Virus record (IMG/VR): IMGVR_UViG_3300020171_000728
Location: 1-64,000 of that record
Direction: 5' to 3' (one strand)
DNA length: 64,000 bases
Source of the DNA: a virus
Positions 1-8,029 of this stretch are shown here, one piece after another. Position 1 is the stretch's first letter. Each line of letters begins with the position of its first letter. The position numbers and the translations under genes were made by a program. Under the pieces are notes generated by a model. That model ran no database searches and was not told the DNA's origin. It saw only the letters and a list, made by a program, of their open reading frames with translations.

Positions 1-188
1 AGAGAACTGGGACTTAGGCGAATTAATTTCTTAACTATCCCCCGAAAAGGACAGAAGATAATATTAATTATTTTGGAGATTATTATTGAACATCCGAGTT
101 CTGGTTCTCTGTATTCTAAAAAAGACCATAGAGTCAAAAAAATGAAAACTATCAAGTTACAATCTATTTATTTCAGATAAGCCCACTT

Positions 189-677
189 TTGTGGTGGTGC
201 TTTTTATTTTTATATAGATACAATATGACTAGTCAAGAGAAAAATGCTTATTTAGCTGGGATAGTTGATGGAGAGGGCACTATTACTATTTTTAATCATC
301 AACAATATAAAAGAAAAACAAAACAATATAAACCATGTATTTCTATAGCTAATACAGATGAAAATTTAATGATTTATATTTCTAAAAATTATAGTGAAAA
401 ATATCATGTATTACGATATGAAGGTGAAAAAAATAAAACTTGTTATGTTTGGATGATTAGATCTTTAGATAATATACAGAATATTCTTGATAGAATTATG
501 CCATATTTGATTATCAAAAAGCAACATGCTAAAATTCTATATAAATACATAATGACTAGAAAAAAAGTTAGATTATATAATAAAAATGCACCATATTCTG
601 AAATAGAATATAAATGTTATAAAAAAATTAAAAAACTTAATGAACGAAAACATGAACGAAAACGAAAAAATTTATAA
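189..677 (+). CDS. LAGLIDADG-family homing endonuclease (single motif)
   Basis: ORF translation has YLAGIVDGEGTITI (LAGLIDADG signature) near the N-terminus and a basic C-terminus; 162 aa. Confidence 0.55.
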   Translation: MWWCFLFLYRYNMTSQEKNAYLAGIVDGEGTITIFNHQQYKRKTKQYKPCISIANTDENLMIYISKNYSEKYHVLRYEGEKNKTCYVWMIRSLDNIQNILDRIMPYLIIKKQHAKILYKYIMTRKKVRLYNKNAPYSEIEYKCYKKIKKLNERKHERKRKNL

Positions 678-722
678 GTTATTCTATGGTTTGTAGCCAA
701 CAATATTATTAAAAATTATAAG

Positions 723-795
723 GTGGCGAATAGAAAAGATACTTCAATCCATAAAATTGTATTAAAATCTTTTTTTAATTGTTCCCCTTTTAAAT
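723..795 (+). ncRNA. candidate small RNA unit A (Y-RNA-like)
   Basis: Repeat unit starting GGTGGCGAATAG...GATACTTCA and ending in a T-run; non-coding spacing; next to a Ro60/TROVE-like gene. Confidence 0.25.
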
Positions 796-799
796 ATAT

Positions 800-940
800 A
801 AGATGGCGTAGATGGAAAATACTTCAACGGCTCTGGTTATTGTGGGTTCGAATCCTACCTCCCCGATAAACGGGGAGTGGTCTAATTGGCAAAGACACCA
901 GATTATAAGATTTTCATCGTTTGTTCCTCTTTTAAAATAA
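800..940 (+). ncRNA. candidate small RNA unit B with a tRNA-like module (YrlA-like)
   Basis: Contains GTGGGTTCGAATCCTAC (canonical T-arm: 5-bp stem, TTCGAAT loop) followed by a CCCCG-ATAAA-CGGGG hairpin; 5' end is homologous to units A and C. Confidence 0.3.
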
Positions 941-952
941 TTAATTATAAGG

Positions 953-1016
953 TGGCGTAATATGGAGATACTTCATAAAATTGATTTATTTAAGACTCCA
1001 TGTGCTTGTTCCCCTT
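953..1016 (+). ncRNA. candidate small RNA unit C (Y-RNA-like)
   Basis: GGTGGCGTAATATGGAGATACTTCA...TTGTTCCCCTT, homologous to unit A; overlaps the spurious N-terminal extension of the 981..2513 ORF. Confidence 0.25.
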
Positions 1017-1025
1017 AAAAAAATA

Positions 1026-2513
1026 ATGACAAAATTCAATACTCAAAAAAATAAAATAAAAGAAGCATTAAAAAGACCACATGCAATTAAAAACCTTGCG
1101 GGTGGTATCGCTTATAAAATGGATGATGAATTACGACTTTATACTCGTGTTCTTACTTCATTAGTAGGAGAAGATAAATTCTATAAATCAGGAGATAAAA
1201 GTGATAAAGCTATTTTAGTAAATCTTAAAAAAGTTGACCCATTATTTGTTGCTGGATTAGCTGTTTATGCCAGAGAAAAGTTTTATTTAAGAAGTATCCC
1301 TGTTATGTTATTATCTGAATTATCTGAAATAAGTAAAGGGAGTAAATTGGTTGGAAAAGCTATTGAAAGAATAATTCAAAGACCAGATGAATTAACTGAA
1401 ATGTTGGCTTATAGAATTAACAAATATGGAAGAACAATTCCACATCAAATTAAAAAAGGGCTTGCAAGAGCTTTTGGAAAATTTAATGAATATCAATTAG
1501 CAAAATATAATCGAGCAGGAAGTGTTAAATTGAAAGATGTTTTATTTATGGTTCATCCAAAACCAAAAGATAAAGAACAAGATGAATTATGGAAAAGATT
1601 GATTAATGGTGAAATGAAAATTCCAGATACTTGGGAAACTAAAATTTCAGGTAAAGGTTCTACCAAAGAAAACTGGGAAGAAATTCTAAAATCTGGTAAT
1701 ATGGGGATTATGGCAGTAATTCGAAATTTAAGAAATTTTGTAGAAAAAGAAGTAGATTTAAAACCAGCTATTGAATTGTTAACCAACAAAGAAATAATTC
1801 ATAAATCAAAACAATTTCCATTTAGATTCTTTAATGCTTACATGGCTTTAGAAGAAATTAAAGCACCAGCCGAAATTTTAGATGCAGTAACAGATGCTAT
1901 GGAATTTTCAATAGATAATGTTCCTAAATTAGAAGGAAAAACTCTTATTGCAGTTGACGATAGCGGTAGTATGAGTTCTCTTTTATCTAGTAGGGGAACT
2001 GCTGAATATAGACATATTGCTGCTTTATTATGTGCTATCTATCATAAAAAGAATCCTTACGGAACTACAATTGGTAAATATTCAAATGATTGGGAAGTAG
2101 TAACATTAAATTCCAGAGATAGTGTTTTATCTAATATGAGAAAATTATTCGGACGTGGTGGTACTACTAACACTTATAAAGTATTCGATTGGGTGGGTCA
2201 TCAAAAAGAACAATTTGATAGAATTATTCTATTATCTGATATGCAATCTTGGGATGATGAGTATAGGGGGTGGGCTGGGATTGTGGCTGAGGGGAGTGTT
2301 GAGGGTTCTTATATTAAATCAAAACATAGAGGATATGTATATTCAATTGATTTAGCAGGATACGGAACTTCAGATATTGATACGAAAAATCCTAAAATTA
2401 TTAAATTAGCAGGTTGGAATGAAAAAGTATTTAACTATATTCAAAAGAACGAAGAAGATAAAGGTAAAGTAATTGAAGAAATTAGAAATATCGGAAAAGA
2501 TTTAATTGATTAA
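1026..2513 (+). CDS. rsr: Ro60/TROVE-like protein with C-terminal von Willebrand A domain (MIDAS DxSxS)
   Basis: About 495 aa; C-terminal IAVDDSGSMSS is a classic vWA MIDAS motif; size and vWA position match Ro60 (Rsr) orthologues; the adjacent tRNA-like small-RNA array matches the known rsr/Y-RNA arrangement. Start taken as ATG 1026, not the listed 981, which overlaps RNA unit C. Confidence 0.5.
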   Translation: MTKFNTQKNKIKEALKRPHAIKNLAGGIAYKMDDELRLYTRVLTSLVGEDKFYKSGDKSDKAILVNLKKVDPLFVAGLAVYAREKFYLRSIPVMLLSELSEISKGSKLVGKAIERIIQRPDELTEMLAYRINKYGRTIPHQIKKGLARAFGKFNEYQLAKYNRAGSVKLKDVLFMVHPKPKDKEQDELWKRLINGEMKIPDTWETKISGKGSTKENWEEILKSGNMGIMAVIRNLRNFVEKEVDLKPAIELLTNKEIIHKSKQFPFRFFNAYMALEEIKAPAEILDAVTDAMEFSIDNVPKLEGKTLIAVDDSGSMSSLLSSRGTAEYRHIAALLCAIYHKKNPYGTTIGKYSNDWEVVTLNSRDSVLSNMRKLFGRGGTTNTYKVFDWVGHQKEQFDRIILLSDMQSWDDEYRGWAGIVAEGSVEGSYIKSKHRGYVYSIDLAGYGTSDIDTKNPKIIKLAGWNEKVFNYIQKNEEDKGKVIEEIRNIGKDLID

Positions 2514-2518
2514 AATAA

Positions 2519-2588
2519 GCGGGTGGAAGGTATGGTAATCTTATCGGCCTCATAAACCGAATAAATGAGTTCAATTCTCATACCCGCA
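2519..2588 (+). tRNA. tRNA-like gene, anticodon CAT (Met/Ile2-type), non-canonical arms
   Basis: Hand fold: acceptor GCGGGTG/TACCCGC (7 bp, one G-U); T-arm TGAG-TTCAATT-CTCA; anticodon loop with U33, CAT at 34-36, A37; D-arm and the anticodon-stem closing pair are imperfect. Confidence 0.4.
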
Positions 2589-2598
2589 ACATAAAAAT

Positions 2599-2751
2599 AT
2601 GAAAAAAAATACAAAAATATATGGTCTTGGTTTTATTATAGCAATATTAATAGGAATGTATGGAGCAATGGAAAGCTATTGGGGTATTATTCCATTGATA
2701 ATTTTATGGTTTATCTTAGCTGATTTGATAAATAATAGATTTGATGTATGA
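2599..2751 (+). CDS. small hydrophobic membrane protein (50 aa)
   Basis: ATG..TGA ORF MKKNTKIYGLGFIIAILIGMYGAMESYWGIIPLIILWFILADL..., two predicted TM segments; not in the ORF track, which has a 60-aa cutoff. Confidence 0.3.
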   Translation: MKKNTKIYGLGFIIAILIGMYGAMESYWGIIPLIILWFILADLINNRFDV

Positions 2752-2786
2752 TATTTAAAGGTCGAAGTAAATAAATCAAAACAAAT

Positions 2787-3248
2787 ATGAAATTTAATTT
2801 AGGTGAAAGAGTAAAAGTAATCAATGACCATTATCACATATACGATTCTAATCGAGCTTATAATCCAACCATTGTAAACTCAATGGGTTGTATAATTATT
2901 TATTATCCCGTTAATGCTCCATTCAAATTATATGGGTGGCATACACAAGGAGAAAATAGATATATGATTCGTTTAGATGATGGTCAAAGTTGTCTTGTAA
3001 GAGAACGAGATTTAGAATTAGTTAATCAAACAAATAAAAAAGGAGTTATTATGAAACTAAATTTAATGATGAGGCGGCTATTAAATGCCGATGTTAAAAA
3101 GTTAATTAAAGCAGGTCTTATGAATGGCGACCTTCTTTTAACAGAAGAAGGTAAAAATGCTGTTTATGCAATATTAGTTGAGACTTATAAAAAAGAGTTA
3201 GTTGAGATTGCAAAAGAAATTATAGATGAAGAAAAAGAAGAAAAATAA
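2787..3248 (+). CDS. hypothetical protein
   Basis: 153-aa ORF preceded by the AAAGGTCGAAGTAAA upstream motif. Confidence 0.4.
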   Translation: MKFNLGERVKVINDHYHIYDSNRAYNPTIVNSMGCIIIYYPVNAPFKLYGWHTQGENRYMIRLDDGQSCLVRERDLELVNQTNKKGVIMKLNLMMRRLLNADVKKLIKAGLMNGDLLLTEEGKNAVYAILVETYKKELVEIAKEIIDEEKEEK

Positions 3249-3283
3249 AGGTCGAAGTAAAAAAATATATAAAAAATAAAATT

Positions 3284-4105
3284 ATGAAATATTTTTCAGA
3301 TGAAAATTGGCAAAGTGAAGATGGAGATTTTAAGACTGGGAAATTAATTAAACATATTATTATTGGTTTATTCTCTCTGATTATCTTTTTTGGTGCATGG
3401 GGAACAGTTGGTGCTGGACAAAGAGGAATTCTATTGCAATTCGGAGCAGTTAAAGACAAGGTATTTGATGAAGGATTATATTTTAAAATTCCTTTTGTTC
3501 ATAAAGTGCAGATAATGGATGTTAAGATACAAAAAGCCGAAGTTCCAGTTTCTGCCGCATCTAAAGATTTACAGATAGTTACTTCTGTTATCGCTATTAA
3601 CTATCATTTAGTTCCAGAATCGGTTAATAAAGTATGGCAGGATGTCGGTAAGTCATATAAAGAAAGAATTATTGATCCATCAATTCAAGAAACAGTTAAA
3701 GCGACTACGGCTAAATATACAGCAGAAGAATTAATTACGAAACGAGAAATTGTTAAAGAAGATATTAAAAATAATATTTACGAGAGATTAATAACTCGTC
3801 ATATTTTTGTAGATGAATTTAACATTGTTGAATTTGATTTTTCTGCAGCATTTAATGAAGCTATTGAAGCCAAAGTAACTGCCGAACAATTAAAACTTAA
3901 GGCTGATAGAGATTTAGAAAGAATTGAAGTAGAAGCAGAACAAAGAATTGCTGATGCGAGAGGCAAAGCCGAATCTATTAGAATTGAAGCTATAGCTCTT
4001 AGAGAAAATGCACAAGTAGTCGAATTGCGTTGGATCGAGAAATGGAATGGAAATGTTCCTCAATATTGGGGACAAGCTACACCATTTATTGGATTAAGCA
4101 AATAG
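3284..4105 (+). CDS. SPFH/band-7 (prohibitin/HflK-like) membrane protein
   Basis: N-terminal TM helix, then the characteristic SPFH core (GQRGILLQFGAV...) and a coiled-coil E/A/R-rich C-terminus. Confidence 0.6.
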   Translation: MKYFSDENWQSEDGDFKTGKLIKHIIIGLFSLIIFFGAWGTVGAGQRGILLQFGAVKDKVFDEGLYFKIPFVHKVQIMDVKIQKAEVPVSAASKDLQIVTSVIAINYHLVPESVNKVWQDVGKSYKERIIDPSIQETVKATTAKYTAEELITKREIVKEDIKNNIYERLITRHIFVDEFNIVEFDFSAAFNEAIEAKVTAEQLKLKADRDLERIEVEAEQRIADARGKAESIRIEAIALRENAQVVELRWIEKWNGNVPQYWGQATPFIGLSK

Positions 4106-4112
4106 TTAATAA

Positions 4113-4145
4113 GTTTAGAGGGGGTTTCATCGACCCTCTCTAAAC
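4113..4145 (+). other. 12-bp stem-loop (GTTTAGAGGGGG / CCCTCTCTAAAC) between the SPFH and pilin-like genes, no U-tract
   Basis: Near-perfect inverted repeat 8 nt after the SPFH stop and 8 nt before the pilin ATG. Confidence 0.5.
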
Positions 4146-4152
4146 TCACAAG

Positions 4153-4467
4153 ATGAAAAACATAAAACAAAAAGGATTTACTTTGATTGAATTATTAGTA
4201 GTCGTAGCAATGATTGGTATTTTGGCAACAATAGCTTTAGCTTCTTTGAATTCAGCTAGAACAAAAGCAAAATGCGCAAGTGGGGATGAAGAAGCATGTT
4301 CGGTATTTTCACAAGAAGAAATAGATGAACTGACAAATAAAAAAACCAAACCAAAAGATGAAACTAACTTAGATAGAGCAAAAAGAATTTGCCCTGATGG
4401 CATATTAGAATTTACAGGAAATCCAGATGATACTTGGGGATATGATTTTGAGGTAAAATGTAAATAA
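4153..4467 (+). CDS. type IV pilin/pseudopilin-like protein (prepilin-type N-terminal methylation motif)
   Basis: N-terminus KQKGFTLIELLVVVAMIGILA matches the class III signal peptide G|FTLIE plus hydrophobic helix; 104 aa with two Cys pairs. Confidence 0.6.
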   Translation: MKNIKQKGFTLIELLVVVAMIGILATIALASLNSARTKAKCASGDEEACSVFSQEEIDELTNKKTKPKDETNLDRAKRICPDGILEFTGNPDDTWGYDFEVKCK

Positions 4468-4534
4468 TATTATAATGCATAAAATAAAAAAAATAAAAAA
4501 TAAGTGGCAAATAATTTTATAAAATCGTTAGCTA

Positions 4535-5725
4535 AGAAAACGCAACGGTCTTTAGCTGTTGCTTTAGAATGGTATTGACTTTCTTTAATAGACACATTAA
4601 AATTATATCAATGAAAGTAATAGAATACAAGTTGTATCCCAACAAAGCCCAATTAAGTAGACTTGAAATCACACTTGAACAAGCTAGGCTTTTGTATAAT
4701 GAGGCTTTGGAACGAAGAATATCAAGCTGGAAAGAAAAACAAGAAAGTCTTAACTATTATGACCAAGCTAAATACTTCAAGGGTAAATATCCAATATCTG
4801 CAATGCTCACCCAATGCGTCTTAAAAAGATTGGACACTACATACCAAAGGTTTTTTAAGAAAAACAGCAACTTCCCAAGATTTAAGTCAAAAGATAGATT
4901 TCGTAGTATAGACATAAGACAGTGGGGATTAAATGCTTCTTTAAAAGAAGGAAAGCTAAGGTATGACAAAATGCTAATCAGAACGTCTAATCATAGGGAA
5001 TTAGAAGGAATACAAAAAACAGGAAGAGTTGTTAAAAGAGCTGATGGTTGGTATCTACAGGTAATTTGTGAAGTAGCCAGTTTACCTTTAAAAAAAGAAA
5101 TAAAAACAGCTATTGGATTAGATATGGGATTAAAATATTTGGTTGCTGATAGCGAAGGAAATACAACTAAAGCCCCTCAAATATTTAGAAAGACAGAAGC
5201 AAAGTTAGCTAAACAACAAAGAATAGTAAGCAGGCGGGTGAAAGGAAGTAGTGGAAGGAAAAAGGCAAAAGAAATTATTGCCAAAACACACCTTAAAATA
5301 TCAAGACAACGAAAAGATTTTTTGCATAAAGTTTCACATAAGTATGCCCAATATGATTTAGTTGCAGTAGAGAAATTAAATATTAGAGGAATGTTAAGAA
5401 ATCATCATTTAGCGAAAAGTATTTCTGACGCAAGTTGGAATATACTTCTACAGCTAATACGCTACAAAGCTGGGAACGCTGGTAGCTATTTTGTAGAAGT
5501 TAATCCAAGATATACAAGTCAGAAATGCAACGGTTGTGGGGCGATTGTTCAAAAATCGCTTAGTATCAGGACTCATATTTGTCCTGAATGTTCTCTGATA
5601 ATAGACAGAGACTACAACGCTTCGTTAAACATTTTAAGGTCAGGTATTGACCTTGGTAGAGAGATGGGATTACCCATTTCGTTGAAACCAGAAGCCACTA
5701 GGTCTTTAGCCTAGTGGTAGTTCAC
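4535..5725 (+). mobile_element. IS200/IS605-family (IS1341-like) element carrying tnpB only
   Basis: TnpB ORF flanked by subterminal hairpins with an identical TCTTTAG loop: GCAACGG-TCTTTAG-CTGTTGC (4542-4562) and CCACTAGG-TCTTTAG-CCTAGTGG (5695-5717); no tnpA. Confidence 0.5.
4611..5714 (+). CDS. tnpB: TnpB (OrfB) RNA-guided nuclease-like transposon protein
   Basis: MKVIEYKLYPNKAQ N-terminus; RuvC-like core (IGLDMGLK); C-terminal zinc finger CNGCG...CPECS; 367 aa from ATG 4611. Confidence 0.75.
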   Translation: MKVIEYKLYPNKAQLSRLEITLEQARLLYNEALERRISSWKEKQESLNYYDQAKYFKGKYPISAMLTQCVLKRLDTTYQRFFKKNSNFPRFKSKDRFRSIDIRQWGLNASLKEGKLRYDKMLIRTSNHRELEGIQKTGRVVKRADGWYLQVICEVASLPLKKEIKTAIGLDMGLKYLVADSEGNTTKAPQIFRKTEAKLAKQQRIVSRRVKGSSGRKKAKEIIAKTHLKISRQRKDFLHKVSHKYAQYDLVAVEKLNIRGMLRNHHLAKSISDASWNILLQLIRYKAGNAGSYFVEVNPRYTSQKCNGCGAIVQKSLSIRTHICPECSLIIDRDYNASLNILRSGIDLGREMGLPISLKPEATRSLA

Positions 5726-5919
5726 ATTTCACAAAAGCATATGGATATTACCCATATAGAATAATATTTAGATTTGGTATTTTTAATATCAATAAATTTC
5801 CGCAACCAGGTGAAGTGTTGCATAAAGGGCTTTATAAGGGATTTATTCTTCAATATCAATTCAGACATCCGTTCACTATATTAAAAGAATATTTAGAAAG
5901 AAAAAAATATTAAACAATT

Positions 5920-6324
5920 ATGGCAAAAACAAAAAAAGCACCAATATATTTTGTAAATATCATTAAGGAAGCAGATGATGAGTTTGAGAATGGATTGCAC
6001 GGTATCGGATTATCATTAAGTTGGGTTAATCAGAATCAGGGCAAATCATTTGATGACATACTTAGTGGATTTGATGAAGCAAAACAAAAAGAAATTAAAG
6101 CATGTATAAAATTTAGGTCGGTATCATACGAATATGCATGGACTAAATTTAGATTAAAAAATATTAATAATGAATGGGGAATGGCAGAAACATTGGACTA
6201 TGTTCCAGATAAAAAGATGATTAAAATGAGTGATGGATTAATGAAAACATTAGAAAAATTTGCCAATAAGATAAAAACTAAATTTAATGGAATAGATATA
6301 ACATTTGGACCAACAAAAAAATGA
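5920..6324 (+). CDS. hypothetical protein
   Basis: 134-aa ORF whose stop overlaps the methyltransferase start (ATGA). Confidence 0.35.
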   Translation: MAKTKKAPIYFVNIIKEADDEFENGLHGIGLSLSWVNQNQGKSFDDILSGFDEAKQKEIKACIKFRSVSYEYAWTKFRLKNINNEWGMAETLDYVPDKKMIKMSDGLMKTLEKFANKIKTKFNGIDITFGPTKK

Positions 6325-7073
6325 AAAAGAAAACATCTAACATAGATAGTTTTGTCAATAAAATTATTAACGGAAATTGTTTAAAATTATTAGCAAAAAT
6401 ACCAGATAATTCAATAGATTTGTGCTTAACTGACCCACCGTATGATATTGATTTTTCAAAATATGAAACATTATCAGATAAAGGTGGAAGAAAATTTCAT
6501 CATACAGAAAAATTAAAATGGAATACTGTAGATTTGAAATCATTATCAAAAATACTATTTAAAGAATTGGATAGAATTATTAAACACAATGGTTCAATTA
6601 TAATCTTCGGTCCCCAAGAATGGGGATATTACTACTATAAACCAGCTATTGATAATAACTTTGATTTAAAATGTCAATTAGTGTGGGTTAAAAAAAATCC
6701 TATACCACAATTCAGAAAGAAAAATTATCGTTCAACACATGAAAATATTGTATGGTTTGCTAGATATGAAAAAAATAAATGTCCTTTTACATTTAATTTT
6801 ATTAACCAACAAGAAATGAAAAATGTTTTTACAACACCAATATTACAAGGGGAAGAAAGGTGGGATCATCCAACACAAAAACCATTATCACTAATTGAAA
6901 AGCTAATTACAATCCATAGTAATGAAAATGATATTATTTTTGACCCATTCTCTGGAAGTGGGACAACCGCAGTAGCAAGTCAAAATCTTAAACGTAAATT
7001 TATTGGGATAGAAATAGATTCAAAATATTTTAAAATGTCAAATGATAGACTCGCACAAAAACCAATGCTATAG
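6321..7073 (+). CDS. DNA methyltransferase (N6-adenine or N4-cytosine, beta-class motif order)
   Basis: Motif IV LTDPPYD near the N-terminus and motif I FDPFSGSGTT near the C-terminus. Confidence 0.8.
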   Translation: MKKKTSNIDSFVNKIINGNCLKLLAKIPDNSIDLCLTDPPYDIDFSKYETLSDKGGRKFHHTEKLKWNTVDLKSLSKILFKELDRIIKHNGSIIIFGPQEWGYYYYKPAIDNNFDLKCQLVWVKKNPIPQFRKKNYRSTHENIVWFARYEKNKCPFTFNFINQQEMKNVFTTPILQGEERWDHPTQKPLSLIEKLITIHSNENDIIFDPFSGSGTTAVASQNLKRKFIGIEIDSKYFKMSNDRLAQKPML

Positions 7074-7133
7074 AGATATTGACAAATCAATTTTGGTTCT
7101 TTATAATAATAGAATAAATAATATGAAATAAAA

Positions 7134-7907
7134 ATGGAAAAAAAAGATATTATTATTGGAGGCGGACAAGTCGGTTATGCATTAAATGAAATTCTTGGCT
7201 TTGAATATGATATAGATACATATGATATTAAGAACCATAATATAAATTTTGAAAATAGTTATAGAGTAATGCATGTCTGTTTTCCATATAATGAAAAATT
7301 TGTTAAAGAAGTAAAAAAGTATTTTATAAGATTTAATCCAAAAGTTATTATAATTCATAGCACAGTTAAGGTTGGAACTACACAAAAATTGATTGAAGTT
7401 TTGAAATGTAAATCTACTATACATTCTCCTGTTCGTGGTCAACATCACCAACTAATTGATTCTATAAAAATATTTACAAAATTTATAGGGATTGATTATC
7501 CAAATTATAAAGTTGACGAGATAAGTTTATATGATTTTATACAAGAATATTTCAAAAAAGTATCAATCCATACAGTAATTTATAAAAATAGTCGTATGAC
7601 TGAATTAGCAAAAATGCTTTGTTTATTCCAATACGGAATGCATAATGTAGTGGCGAATGAAGCAAAAAAAATATGTAAACAATTTAATTTAGAATATGAT
7701 AAAACCGTATTATTTTGGAACGAGACATACAATCAGGGATATGATATTTTCAGAACAGATTTTCAAGACTATCACAGACCGCTTTTAAATCCTAATATTA
7801 AAAATGGTTTCGGTGGGACATGTGTATTCCCTGTAAATAAAATGTTATATGAACAAACAAAGAATCAATTAATAAAAAACATACTAAAGTATGGACAAAA
7901 AAAATGA
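7134..7907 (+). CDS. hypothetical protein with N-terminal Rossmann-like GGGQVG dinucleotide-binding motif
   Basis: IIIGGGQVGYAL glycine-rich loop; no further recognisable motifs. Confidence 0.3.
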   Translation: MEKKDIIIGGGQVGYALNEILGFEYDIDTYDIKNHNINFENSYRVMHVCFPYNEKFVKEVKKYFIRFNPKVIIIHSTVKVGTTQKLIEVLKCKSTIHSPVRGQHHQLIDSIKIFTKFIGIDYPNYKVDEISLYDFIQEYFKKVSIHTVIYKNSRMTELAKMLCLFQYGMHNVVANEAKKICKQFNLEYDKTVLFWNETYNQGYDIFRTDFQDYHRPLLNPNIKNGFGGTCVFPVNKMLYEQTKNQLIKNILKYGQKK

Positions 7908-8029
7908 TAATGCACCAATGTGCACAAATAATGGTATAACTTTATGCCAAGTTCATTATCTAGGGATAAGAACCAAAGAAGAGCGATTTAGGAAAATGTT
8001 TTCCTATCTAGTGAATCAAAAGTAAAATT

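Larger units (their letters stand above)
690..1020 (+). repeat. tandem array of three related small-RNA-like units, each preceded by a TTGT(T/A)(C/G)-N17-TATAAG promoter-like element
   Basis: Units share a 5' (A/G)(G/A)TGGCG(A/T)A..GATACTTCA core and a 3' TTGTTCC(C)CTTTT; the shared promoter-like element recurs before each unit and before the downstream ORF. Confidence 0.5.

Noticed and set aside
1-188. Possible group I intron 5' part upstream of the first LAGLIDADG ORF
   Set aside because: The window starts here and no flanking exon is visible, so the question cannot be evaluated
981-1025. N-terminal 15 codons of the listed 981..2513 ORF (MIYLRLHVLVPLKK)
   Set aside because: Overlaps the third small-RNA unit and its promoter-like element. 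ATG 1026 (MTKFNTQ...) is the more plausible start
2255-2300. G-rich patch inside the Ro60-like gene suggesting an insertion or G-quadruplex
   Set aside because: It stays in frame (encodes DEYRGWAGIVAEGSVEGS) and is short; a Gly-rich loop is sufficient explanation
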